From positions 1 to 48,253 of the forward strand of contig JAUGWO010000006.1 in assembly GCA_049724395.1 (NCBI GenBank): a DNA stretch of 48,253 nt, written 5' to 3'. Shown here piece after piece: positions 26,079-38,256 of the stretch. The notes under the pieces are model-generated. The model did no database searches. It saw nothing but the letters and a program-made list of their open reading frames with translations, and was not told the DNA's origin. This DNA comes from Spongospora subterranea f. sp. subterranea. Lineage: Eukaryota. The first letter of the stretch is position 1, and every line of letters begins with the position of its first letter. A program made the position numbers and the translations under genes.

Positions 26079-26152
26079 TACCAGATTTTCCCTACTTCCA
26101 CCTGGCCGCTACAAATAGCTTGGGTTTCCACAAGGAGCCTATCAGACCAGCT
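26079..26152 (-). repeat. Short fragment of the LINE/SINE tail
   Basis: taccagattttccctacttccacctggccgctacaaatagcttggg. Confidence 0.8.
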
Positions 26153-26521
26153 ACGGGTACTCCAGACCTAAGTCACTTAGCACGAATATGTTAAACGCAT
26201 ACACAAAACAGTACTCTGACAGATTGAGTTGAGAATTGATTGTATTTCCATTTTTTTATTCGTTAGACTCGTTTTCTACAAGTTGTTCGTGCTACTTTTT
26301 GCCCAAAATCATTCGGTTGCTCCTTTTCTCAGTCTCGATTATCAGGCTTAGCCTGCATTGTGCCAGTCAGAGCTGCAGGAACATCCGTTGACTTCCGACC
26401 AGGCATCGCTGCACGCTCCACTCATGATGGCAGACGAATCCTATCAATATATCTCTGAATCAACAAACCTCCTGTAATGCATAAGGAAACTTTGATCGTG
26501 TTATATTTTCGAAATTCGTGT

Positions 26522-27466
26522 TTAGCGACAAGAATTTGATTGTATTTGATTATCAGTGTTTACTTCAAACTCATCAAGCATGTAGCGGCCAAGCCTGCCT
26601 TTCCTAAATTCTTCAACATAGCACCGCGCAACTCGTGAAATATCTAATTCAGCATGCTTGTTCTGACCAGGTTTAACATAATATGAATGCCGAACAGCCT
26701 CTGCAGTTAGATATTCTTCGAAGGTATTGTCAGTTTGAGAATACATTATCTCGAATAAGTACTGAGCAGTAATTCCATGCCCCAAAACTGATGATGGAAT
26801 CGCGTTGATCAACGAGAGTTTCAGAGCCGTCTCGGCCGAGTCGATTGACGGAGGTAAAATCCCAGGGGAATCTTGAAACACGATATCAGGATCCCCTTTA
26901 CTTTCGGCTCGGATTTTGACGTCGTGTATGGATCGGGTTACTCCAGGCTCAGGACCGATTTTGAAACTCTTAGAACATTGCCGTAATCCAGATAAAATGG
27001 AGGACTTTCCTATATTGGGAATTCCTACAACCATGCATAGCCGGGATGTCGTTTTGAATCTCGATTTATCTCGTAATGTTTTCGTTATATGGGTTATGAG
27101 TTTTTGGCGATCAGATCTGGACATAGAGGAAGGGCCTGATGATAAGAATTGGAGTATTGGCATCGGAACACCCATTTCTGTTGATTCCCGTTGGATATAG
27201 GAGAATATTTTATCACGATGACATGATGATAAATCGGCTAAATCCGACTTGTTGAATAATATTATGGACCGTTTGGATTTGACTAATTGCAAGAGTTCGC
27301 GGTTCGATGACGAAATGGGTAATCGTGCGTCGCGAACCTCGATAATAATATGTGAGCGGGCAATTTGGCGTGATGTCAAGTCCAATATAGCTTTGGACAT
27401 ATGCCCGGGAAACCAGGATAGGTTCTTGCTGCATAAAGCTGCGGCTGTGGATGACGCCATATACAA
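26522..27466 (-). CDS. MTG1: Circularly permuted ribosome-biogenesis GTPase, RbgA/YlqF/MTG1 family (probably mitochondrial)
   Basis: SWFPGHMSKA; EVRDARLPISS; G4 NKSD precedes G1 GIPNIGKSS, G2 PGVTR, G3 DSPG; C-terminal FRKGRLGRYMLD; intact 314 aa. Confidence 0.93.
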   Translation of the reverse strand: MYMASSTAAALCSKNLSWFPGHMSKAILDLTSRQIARSHIIIEVRDARLPISSSNRELLQLVKSKRSIILFNKSDLADLSSCHRDKIFSYIQRESTEMGVPMPILQFLSSGPSSMSRSDRQKLITHITKTLRDKSRFKTTSRLCMVVGIPNIGKSSILSGLRQCSKSFKIGPEPGVTRSIHDVKIRAESKGDPDIVFQDSPGILPPSIDSAETALKLSLINAIPSSVLGHGITAQYLFEIMYSQTDNTFEEYLTAEAVRHSYYVKPGQNKHAELDISRVARCYVEEFRKGRLGRYMLDEFEVNTDNQIQSNSCR

Positions 27467-27970
27467 TCTGGCACCACGGCGGCCTGAGAGGTTTTCGGGA
27501 GCGTATATTGGACAGGATTATTCTCAACAATTCAAGACGAATAATCTTTTACTGCGCACTACATATGCATTCAGTATGCGTCAAACCATCTTATGAAGCG
27601 ACTTTTTGCCAAACACTGATGCTGACGACAACTATCTGTTTGATGACGCAGACGCAGAAGCTCCAGGTCGCATCATTCCATCTGCAAGAGATGTTTACCA
27701 CACTCTAAAGGCACTGGAAACTTCTTTTCGACATTATCGATGCCGAGACGATTTGGTACAACATCTGTGAAGGACTATTGTTTTAGGAATAATAGCCAAT
27801 CAAGCCATTTCTCATAGGTTTTTTGACCACCTTCCAGTATTTCAGGTGCGACAAGACAGTTTTCTGGCGTCGTACCAACACCAAAGGACCGGGCCTTATC
27901 ACTAATTGCATCAATCACTGTAATCCGGCGAATAAGAACCTTCTCTCCAGGGATGCGCAATAAATAATTC

Positions 27971-29716
27971 CAAGTGTAGGGAATAATACTGAAGATACTT
28001 TATTTTTCAGTCAAACCCAAGGGAATCAATTCTATAAACATATTCGGAAAAAGGAATTATTTATTCTTCTTAGGGGAATTATTCCCGATTATTCCATTTC
28101 GGAATAGAAAAGTTCTATGTCCCAAAGCGACCCGTTAAATTTCAGAAATAGTTGTATTTCGAGACTTGATGGAAGCAAACGGCTCCTGGAATCGGTTATT
28201 GTCATCTTTGAAAGGCTAAAAAAACGTTCACAAATGTTGCTTGTTGGCCTTATGAACCTACAATCCATATAGCGGGATTGTAAGTTGACCTTGGGCCGCT
28301 TTATGCTTTGTAAAATCACCGCCATCTCGTCATGGCCATCGTCATCAATAACGTTCTGGTTTGATGAACTGTCACGACGTTCTTGAACCTTGAGATGATC
28401 CACAGACCGCGCTTCCGCAGCAGTCAACTTCAATGGCTCGTTCAAAATCTGACTATGTTGAATCTTACATATTGCAGATTCAAACGTGGGATCGCATACA
28501 ATTGCAGAATGTGCCGAGCAGTGTTCTTCTGAGGATTCGAAGAGTTCAATTGCTTTATCCATGGACATACGAACTTCGTGCATATGTCTTTTTTCCGAAT
28601 GTAAGAACAGTGTGAGTTGCTCTAATTGACCCAGTTTCTTCAACAAAATGTCAAGTTCAGCGTTCTGTCTGGGCGAAAGTTGAAGATCGATCGGAACAAT
28701 GTTTTCAATGTAATTCATCAGCAATGAGTACCTCTTGAGCATGGCATATTTGAACGACCATCTTGTTGCATTATCAAGGATGGGAGACAAGTGAGTTTTT
28801 TTGCGTAGAAATGCACGGTTCTTGATTGTTCGAAGAGAAATCATGATGGAGCGAATATTATCCAACATGTCTGAATAACCATTCAAAAAAAATTCTGCAC
28901 CCCAAGGTTCAATCTATGACTGGCGCAGCCTACGATATAACATTTGCATTTTTGAGAAAGAGATTGATTAACGGAACAGTTATCGCCAATGATGCAAGCG
29001 ATATTTGAAAAGTTCTTTCCATATACCTGCAGAATGTCATATATAGTTTCGTGGTGTGACGTGGCACTCAAATATTCCTCTTCAATCAAAGGGAGAATGA
29101 TAATAAGACTCGGTCATATCCTTTTTCATTTCGAACTTCAGGAAATACCGCAAAAACTGCCAAATAATGCGTTGAATGGTGGCTCCATTCATCGAAAACG
29201 ATTGCAAACTGATCTGGTAGAATATCTTTGATTTTCCCCCTCTCGGCCAAGGTCGTTATCTTGATCATGCATTCTTTCAACGTCTTGATCGAAACTGGTT
29301 CCAGTTTGCAGTACAATCTGGTGTTTGGCTTTTCACAAAGGTTGAAAGGCAAAAGGTCTTTAACGATCCACTTGACCCACTTGAACAGATTAGTGTCTGT
29401 TTTTCTGAAAAAGGTAGTTATTGGCTGATCAGACGTTTTGGCGACATCGACCGTATCTGCGTGATCTCTAGAGATATGATCCAGTAGGTTGGATGAACAT
29501 TTTCCTCGTTTTCTTGTCTTACCACATAGACATTTCCAAATGTCGTCACCTTCTTCAGCAAAGTATTTCCTGACTAATCTCTTATTATCAACCGACATTG
29601 ATTAAATTACCGTTTATCACGGGCGTGAATATTGCCGCAAGCACCGCCAGAAATTGCGGGTACTGTCGTCGCGGATTTTTGGGAATTTCTTAAAATATTG
29701 TCTGAAATAGTAGTTA
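27971..29716 (-). mobile_element. hAT DNA transposon; transposase 28089..29598 in three frameshifted pieces; 5' terminus missing
   Basis: BED-like WKCLCG..SNLLDH..H; FDEWS; GDNCSVN; CASHRLNL; ATRWS; dimerisation motif SNICERFFS..LFLKFN..LW; GGAAT subterminal motifs near 27980..28100. Confidence 0.9.
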
Positions 29717-30059
29717 TACAGTGGCGATCACCTTAAACCGACAATTCCGTGACTGTGCACCACCTTGACAATGTCTAGTCGTCAGGTTTTACTGAAAATC
29801 GCTAAACTTGATCATGGCTCAGTAGGTCTTGGCAAGACGAACAATTGTATGTTTTATGTTTTTCTTTTGCAGCAATATTGATACAGTGGTCGCGCCGTGA
29901 ATTGGACTGTACATATGGAACAAACTCCGTACGCAATTTATTGCGCACTTTGAATGCGAAGTCGCGCACTTATTGATGAGACGCAATGCACAAACAGTGG
30001 CTAGTGTATCAATGTGCGCGCACTCAATGATGTCAACTTGCGGACTGTGTGAGCTCATA

Positions 30060-31161
30060 CTGTACGGTGGATTTTTTCTACCGCGCGCGGTTGGACCGCG
30101 CGAGATGCTTGGACACTCGCACAATAAGGTACACTAATGACTGTGACACAGTCAATTCATTGCAAAACTATATCGCACAGTGCGCTCCATAGACCTTCAG
30201 TATACAGTGGTATCGGATCTATCGGAAACTGGTTAACTATGATATGCCGAGACGTCTTTTCGAAAGCGTTAACATCAAAAGCACTGCGAGTACTTTGGAA
30301 AGACTCAATCGCAAACTACTCTATTTTATTCCATGTAGCAAATAGGGGTCAGCATTTATTTTAAACTTGAATTCTTTCAACACACGCAAAATATTGAATT
30401 AAACACTTAACATCATGTATTTATGATTTTGCTCATCCACCGTTTAAAAATAAAATGTCCTGTGTACTTGGAATATTTTCGAAGCACTCGCAGTGCGTTC
30501 GATTTTGACGCTTTGGAAAAAGACGTCTCGCCATATCCTAAGATGGAGTGCATCTCGGAGTTCAACGCCTCCATCGCCGATTCGGGAGCTTGAGTCTGTC
30601 TCACTAGACTCGGATGGAACTGCATTGGACGAGTCGCTGCTTCGCTCGCTTGTTCGCAGCAATGACGATTCAGGCCGGACAACCTCTTGCGTTGTGGCTC
30701 TACAAAATGGAATACGTTCATCGCCAACACTTTCAGGAATCGTAGCAATGGACGCTACTACAACTGTAGTGTCTGGAATGTGATCGGCGATTACTGATGA
30801 ATCACTATAGAGGAGTTAAGGTGAAGAACAGTATGCGATTAGAATAAAACACCTTTCCCATACAGCCATCTCAGCGACGGCAGCATAAGTGCTAGGCGAT
30901 AGTTGACTAAACAAAAACCATCCCCACCTCGAAGATTGCATTGTTGAAACTGAAACAGAAGACACTAGATGAAGAGAGAATCGATTCGGCATATGACGTG
31001 ATCCGCAACTCTAAACTGCGATCCGCAATCCTCGCTCAGTGCAATATATATCTTTGCATTATTAGACTGTGTCACAGTCAATAGTGTACCCTATTGTGCG
31101 AATGTCCAAGCATCTCGCGCGGTTGAAACCGCGCGCGGTAGAGGGGATAGGCCGCATACTG
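30060..31161. mobile_element. MITE/fold-back-like insertion with ~77-bp inverted repeats
   Basis: 30077..30153 is the near-perfect reverse complement of 31065..31141; a second inner inverted repeat lies at about 30236..30305 / 30470..30540; outer ends uncertain. Confidence 0.7.
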
Positions 31162-33352
31162 TATATCGCTGGCATGCCTCCCTTTAACAAGCGTCGAAAG
31201 CATCTTGTGAACCTTGCAACAACGCGATTCGGCCATCGCAAAATCAGTACGGTCAGCATTGAAGAGTGTGATTTGATTTCTGTTTCTTCTCTCCACGATA
31301 ATTTCACCTGTTCCGAAGCGTCAGAGGATGATGACAATTTTGTAATTTCTGAGCCAGATGACTTTCTGTGCCAAATCAATGAAACTGTAGCATCAAGTGT
31401 TCTAAAATGGACTCCTGGTGCAGATTCGCATTTCAGAAAGTTTCACACAGGTGATGGGAGATCGTCCCAATTTCAAAAACAAAAAGAAAGGCGGTTAAGA
31501 GAACAGTCCATGATTGGATGTAAAAAGATCACACATTGGTTTGGTTCAGGTCAAAATGAAACAGCAGATGGGGTTGTATTATCCGCCCTGGAAGAAGTTG
31601 AGGATGATGGTTTTGCACAACCAGACTGCATCGACGAGTTCGAGGGAGGGCTCTATCGATGAATCAATCGAAATATTGAAAGGCACATTTCATTATATGT
31701 GCATATTGAGGTACTTGGAAGCGATTAAATTTAATCCCAGGTTGAAGATGAAGACGTCGTTGGAAATCAGCAAGGTCTTCTTCGGTGCTGGAAAAGGCTG
31801 TGATTACCGAAGCCGGAGACTTCGTCAATGGGCATTGCACTTTCTTCAATTCAAGACAATCAAGGCATCTTGCCAAGGCAAACACGTGAAAACTAGATCA
31901 ATTGATTGAAGACCCAGATGTCGCCAATGTGTGTTTGAACTACTTAAGAAGTCAGCCAATCGAATTAGTTGATGGTCTCTCCTTTTCGAAATGGGTTAGT
32001 GAAAACCTGCACAAGGCTGACTGCCTCGGCTTTTCAAATTGCACAATCATAACAGAAGTGACTGCACGAAGATGGCTTCACCGTCTTGGTTTTCGAAGAA
32101 CTGAATATAAGAAAGGCACCTATACTGATGGACATGAGCGCCCAGATGTTATTGAGTATCGTAAACGGTACAATACTCCCAACCCTTTGCGTTTACACTT
32201 TAGCCCACTTTGCTAGTTTTATTAGGTTTTTAGAGTTATTTGCCAAGCTTTACTCTCGCATGGACAAGTACGAGGGCGATAACATGGAAAGTGTGATTCC
32301 TGGCGAAGTTCTTCCAAACAAAAGTTCCCTAGTTTTATTAACTCATGATGAGACTTGCTTTGAATCAAATGACAGTAAGAAGACAATTTGGTTAGAAGGC
32401 GATCGTCAGATTTTGAGGCCAAAAGGATCTGGCAGATCCATTATGGTGTCCCCAGTTTTTGTGCCAGTGCCATGGGAATATGGAAGTTTTGCTGACAAAT
32501 GAGATCGCTGAAGCATTCCCAGAAATCACAGCTTTTGGATCAGTTGGGTCAACCATTGCAACACTCAAGTTGATAAAACCAGGTAAAAACGCAGATGGAT
32601 ATTGGACCAACAGGGATCTTGTGGAGCAGACGAAATTAGCGCTGATTGTCTTTCGGGTGCTTCATCCTAATTCCAAGCCACTTTTCGCTTTCGATAACTC
32701 GCAAAATCATTGAGCTATGCCGCCTGATGGGCTTGTTGCTTCAAGGTTAAATCTGTCCGATGGTGGAAAAAATGTAGCGCATGTGAGGTCAGGATGGTAT
32801 GTTTCCGGTGGAGAACGGGTTACTCAAGACATGCAGTTTACCAGTGAGTTTGGTTATGCAATTAACGGTCTTGTCCAAAAAGGAATTCGTCAGATTCTCA
32901 CCGAAAGGCGCCTTTGGCCCACTTCTGGGATGAGCCTGAATGATGCGCGTCTGCTGCTGTCGAGTCAACCCGATTTCCAGTCGCAACAAGAATGGTTAGA
33001 AGAAACAGTGTCGAGCGGAGGATGCATAATCATTTTTACCCCAAGTTTCACCCAGAGTTCAACTGGATCGAAATGTTTTGGGGCGCAACGAAAAAGTACA
33101 CTCGAAAGCACTGCACTTATTCGTTTAGGGCTCGTTTGGATGCCACGCATTATCCGGATATTTGGGTCGAATATCCGGATATTGGCGATATCCGGATATT
33201 TTTCAAAAGTGGCTCGTTTGGACGTCATTTTCCCGGAGAAAAATATCCGGATATTGGGCCCAATATCCGGATAAAAAATATTCTACTCTGACCTGGATAT
33301 TTTGGGGATATTGCGTGGAGGTCTACCTCGTGTCATCACCCCTGCTCTCTAC

Positions 33353-34427
33353 AATGCCGACGCAGGCATCTTCCATTCCGACGAAGATAACGAGTTGAGC
33401 CGCGTGGAGCCTGGACAAGGATGAAGCCTTGGTGGCGCTGTTGATTCAGCAAGCTAATAATGGAAAACGGGCTGATACTGGCTTTAAGAAAGAAGCATGG
33501 ACCTATGTCCATGCTTCTTTCAATCAGCGTTTCCACACTGACTATAGTGTAGAAAAAATGAAAACAAGGATCAAACAGGTAAAAGAGTATGGCAACCATA
33601 AATTGTACTTTTTTCAGACTGTTTCCAGCTGAAGAAGTGCCACTCTACGTTTTCCCGCGTGAAAAACAATAGTGGCTTTGGCTGGGACGAAGTTCGCCAG
33701 ATTCCCACAGCGTTCGATTCTGTGTGGGACGCATACCTTCTAGTTGGTCCCCAATCTTTGAAATGATTCCATGAATTAATCAAACTACTACGTACAGGTG
33801 CACCCACAGGCAAAACCGTACAGGACAGCGACTCTACCCCTGTTTAACGAGTTGGAAGAGCTTTTCGTTGGAGCATCAGCGACCGGCTCTCGATCTCTGG
33901 CATCGGATGGATTTTTCCAAATTGACAGCCATTCTCGCGAAATTCAGTCATCATCGTCAGGATCGTTGTCATCGTCATCATCATCAGGCAATGATGATGC
34001 TGCTGCGGAATCTTTTTATCAAGACGAGCACGAAGATTCATTTGATGATCGATTTGTGCCTCCATCAACTTCCAGAATTCAACCAAAGAAAAGAGCGTCA
34101 TTGCCTGACCCGATGCCGAAGAAAATTATCAAGAAAAGCAAGCCATCCACTCAGATGCATGCTTCAACTCCAGAATCTGCTGGCAGAGTTCGGGTGACCG
34201 GCGCGTCTTTGCTTGCACAAGCAATCAATGGGCTGAATAGTCAGCCAACCGTCACTCACGGGCACAACGCCGTAAAGATTCTCCAAGAATCTTACAAGTT
34301 TTCTGAACCGGATATGATAAAAGATTTCAATTTGATGTTGGACGCCAACAAAGCAGCTCTGTTTACCGCCATGGCTCCAAACAAACTAAGAGACGCTTGG
34401 TTGCAAAGCGAGTTGACCATGGAATAA
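33353..34427 (+). CDS. Harbinger Myb/SANT-like DNA-binding protein (introns at about 33579..33628 and 33744..33797; 5' end may be frameshifted)
   Basis: LVALLIQQANNGKRADTGFKKEAW; SGFGWDE; VWDAYL; HPQAKPYR..LPLFNELEELF..ATG. Confidence 0.85.
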
Positions 34428-37400
34428 ATTTATTGGCGATTATCCAAAATAGTCTGGTATTGACACCACATTGCTGCTGCAATGCCGTCCCGCATTAGCT
34501 TTGCCTCGGTTGATGCTTCTGTAATTTCGCACACTGTTTCGGAGGTAATATCGGCTACAGTGGCAAATTTCTCCATTTCCAGGTCAGCCTATGAAAAGAG
34601 AGTCAGTTTATATGCAAAAATTCAGATCAGACGTACCTGTTGCTCGATTAGATCCCCCGCGCCACCAGACATCCGTATGAAATTGTGCAACACACAGCAC
34701 GCAATGAACAAATGCGCCTGCATTTCAAGAAAAAACTCTGGAGCGTGGACGATTATTGGAAACTACGCTTCAGTATCCCGAAAATTCTCTCAATTGCATT
34801 CCGCATTTGAGAATGTCTCAAGTTGTACAACTCTTTCGCGGTCTGGGGCCTGTGAATCTTAATAAAGATAACGAGAACACGCATGTGACAGACCTCATAT
34901 TGCCCTGCTTCCATTCGCGGAGGTGATATCGCACCCCGCGGTAAGGAGTCATCACTTCCGTCGTTAGAGCGTAACCAGCGTCTCCCAGATCAAACTTGCC
35001 CCTAGGAGTGGTGAAACCTTTTAGACGGGCATCCGACAGCACTGTTGAATCTGCTGCAGACCCTTCCCAGCCAGCGAGAATGTAGGTGAAACAAAGGTCA
35101 AACGAGCAAGCCGCAAATATGTTTTGGCTCAGGAATCCCTTCCGGTTTCTGTAGGGTTGAGCTTCCTTCGCAGACACAAAAGCGGCGATATGCGTTCCCA
35201 TTTCTTCATCAGCTGGGCCAAGATATTTCGGCAGCCACAGGAGACTCCAACAACCGATCCACCAAAACTTTTTTTGTTCCCGATAAGTTGAGTCCACGTT
35301 CCTTCAACATCGCCTTGATCTCATCGTTCCGTTTCGCCATCAGCTCAGGCTTCGAAGGAAGCTCTTGAATCCTCTCCCTTCGAATTCCAATCCATCTTAG
35401 CTACGAACTTTCATTTTCGTCTTCGAGTGATGAATGCACAGCCCGTAGAAGAGTGGAAGCAAGCGTAGACGTTACCAGACCCACTCGTAAAATGTGCCAT
35501 TCGCTCCCCCCTGCAAATGAATTATAATCAACCAGCACAGATGTGTGTGCGTCCTTACCTTGACCAACTGTCAAAGCTATTGTCGTCTCATCGACACATT
35601 GCCTGATCAAATTATGTCCAGCAAGAGGTTCCGCAGTGTTGTGTTTGTGTTTGCAAATCCAAGTGTTGAGTCGAGGATCTGTGGAAAAAAGCATCGCAAC
35701 TCGTCCTCTACCACCGCGATATGCGATAGAATACACCCATCGGTTGCCAATTTTTTTGCGAGCAACATATATGCTTTTGGCGCCTTCCTCTTGAATTTGC
35801 AAACGGCCGCGACCGCCAGGTACGTTTCCAAACGTGAACGGTGCTGATTTGATACGTTTGTAGGTGCCGATCAAATTGAACCCTTGACGACACAAAAATT
35901 CAACAAGTTCTGGAAGAAGGTATCCGCGATCCATTGCAACAGTTTCGGACCGTCCAATAACCTGATTGGGCAGACCAACGTTTTGCATCCACATTAGTAT
36001 TATCTGAGCAATATCGCCGAATCCTTCTCCTTTTCCTGCTAGTCTTAGACCGAGAACCACTGAAGAAACCAGCGACACCGCATTGGTTGAAACAACTCCA
36101 AAGGCTTTCTTGGGATTGTTGATTCGGGCGAATCCCATTTCTTCAGAGAGCACAGACGTCAATCGATATTGGTCGTCGTCTATCGAGAGAATTGTCGTGC
36201 CCCGGATGTATGCCATTTTGCAGCTACACACTGTTAACGACTGTTCCATTGAACGAACTACAGGATCGACAGTAAACGGGGCATCACACGTACCACCATT
36301 CGAGCTGGACCGCTTCTTGTTCAAAGCTTTTAAAACCTTTCTGAATGCTCCCTGATCCAATGCAGCAGCCATCGGATACAGAAAAGCGTATTGACGTTTA
36401 AAAAACTTCGTCGGAGTCGTCCGGTACAACGAAACGTACACTAAAATCTTGATGAACTGAACGATTTCGCTGCCAACCACTTTCTCGCCGTGAGGTAGTC
36501 CTTCCAAAACAACAGAAAATACAGCAGCGATGATCGATTCAAGAAAATAATTCACCACGTCGCTAAGGGTGACATCATTATTCGATTGTCTGCACAGCAA
36601 TTGTCGAGCATTGCGACAAAGTGCCTTGATTTCTGGAATTGCAGTTGAAAGCAGCAATTCGTCCATCCCTGTACTAGTGATGTGGAACTCTCCGAGCTGG
36701 CCTGCACTCAAGAAATTCCACTCGGTGTTTTGTGGACAATCCCACTCTTCATCGCTGGAATCGCTCGCAAAAAATTCTTCGAGGGTCGCCATTGTGCCAA
36801 GAAATTCGCAGTGCAATATCGATAATGGATTGCCAACAGAAAAATGAACCAAACTGTACTTCGATCCGTCAACAAAGACGTCCGTCACACTTTACCTTTG
36901 AGAGAACCCTCACAAAGCGCAGCTAGGCCACGGAAGATTTTGTGGCGGAACCAAACCTGGTGGGCGCACTTTACATCCGCCCAAAAATGATCGTCAAATT
37001 TTTTTCAAGAAAAATCCAATGGGTGGTTCAAAATTTGCTTTTGAAAACTGTATTTTTTGGGCCGTTAGCCGGCATAATATGCCGGCTAACGGGTCAAAAC
37101 GCAAAAACTGCAAATCTCCGTGGCCGGCATATTATGCCGGCAATGGGGATCAGGGATATGGCACACATGTGCCTAGCGCCAACTCAGGTTCATGATGGAG
37201 CCAATTCCGATATGGCTGCAGTTTCAACAGTTCCGTCGAATGCCATTCGGCAATTTTGGAAAAAGGGATACATATTCGGGTTTTGCCGAATTTGTAAGGG
37301 TGTATCATTGGCAGGTAGCCTTATATAGTCGCAAGCCATTCGGCAAATGGCAACAGTAACATTGCGAACAACCCTAATATCAAACTAATGAGGTGGGAAT

Positions 37401-37763
37401 TTGTATGACAAACAGCCAGATAATAACAACCTGCTAATCGTTTCGCCGCTCCTTTGAAATAGCTCTTGAGCGTCGCGATTTTTTGCACTCTGTGATACGG
37501 TGAACAAAAAAATTGCCACCTGTTCTGATACTTCCATGTGCCTAGTTGCACGTAATGTCCCCGAATCGGTGAGTATGTTCACCAATTTCACAAAAAGTGA
37601 GGTGTTCATTCTCAAATTCTCGTATATCCGAGTTGGATTGCCGTGAACTGGCTCCGCTGAGCCTGGAGGTTCGGCAAGGGAATCTAACGCAGAATGTGTT
37701 GGCGTAATACGCAGCAACGACGCCAACGATTCGTTTTTTGATCTGTTCATGATGATCGTCCAT
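34424..37763 (-). pseudogene. Harbinger (DDE_Tnp_4-type) transposase, split by insertion 35199..37229
   Basis: RMNTSLFVKL..EQVAIFL..FQRSGETISR; YPFFQNCRMAFDGT|HIAAFV..RNRKGFLSQNI..GWEGSAADS..GDAGY..PYRGVRYHL. Confidence 0.92.
35199..37155 (-). mobile_element. piggyBac/IS4-like element, 3' truncated; ORF 35401..36888 with an in-frame extension to about 35210
   Basis: LSIDDD..NPKKAFG..AMDRGY..L..GFNLIGTYKR; minus-strand end CCCTGATCCCC preceded by ATAT; SAP-like motif after a single TAG. Confidence 0.7.
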
Positions 37764-38256
37764 TGGGGATAATCACCGAATCGCAACCAATTCGTATACA
37801 CTGACATGGAACATAAGACGACATACCCCGTGACCCCTGATGTGGTTGTTTGGATGAAAAAAACCGCGAAATCCGGATATTGTAATATCCGGATATTGAC
37901 ATAGGGATATCCGGATATTACAATATCCGGATATCAAAATCCGTGGCATTCCAATCCAAACGGGCCCTTCAGGATTTGGAGAGGGTAATTCCAATAGCGC
38001 TGAAAGTGACAACGATTGCCACGATGAGACGGTTTGCCATGAAATCCTTCCGGTATATGTTTATAGGGAGAAAAATGGGCTATTTCTCAACAACCGGCAA
38101 GTTGAATACGCTGTCAAGAAATATCGCTCGCACAGGACTATCCCTCAATCAGTATTGGATGATTTGGATGGCCTATATACACTTACGTGTACATTAAAAT
38201 TTCCAAATATAATTGGACTAGGGTTTGAAATTATCGGTTTAAGGTGATCGCCACTG

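Larger units (their letters stand above)
33128..37967. mobile_element. PIF/Harbinger DNA transposon
   Basis: TIR gggctcgtttggat / atccaaacgggccc; TSD TTA (33125..33127) / TTC; TATCCGGATA subterminal palindromes at both ends; convergent Myb and transposase genes. Confidence 0.93.
31174..38175 (+). pseudogene. Tc1-like transposase: 31174..33127, resuming at 37968..38175 after the Harbinger insertion; frameshifts, a stop, probable intron at about 32167..32226
   Basis: [66 protein letters not shown]; collinear with 9046..11168. Confidence 0.9.
29719..38256 (+). mobile_element. Tc1/mariner-superfamily transposon, 28-bp TIRs, TA on both sides, carrying nested insertions
   Basis: TA-cagtggcgatcaccttaaaccgacaatt versus aattatcggtttaaggtgatcgccactg-TA (27/28). 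Confidence 0.93.

Noticed and set aside
27530..27960. Gene divergent from MTG1
   Set aside because: Only short ORFs with stops; no motif or convincing splice model
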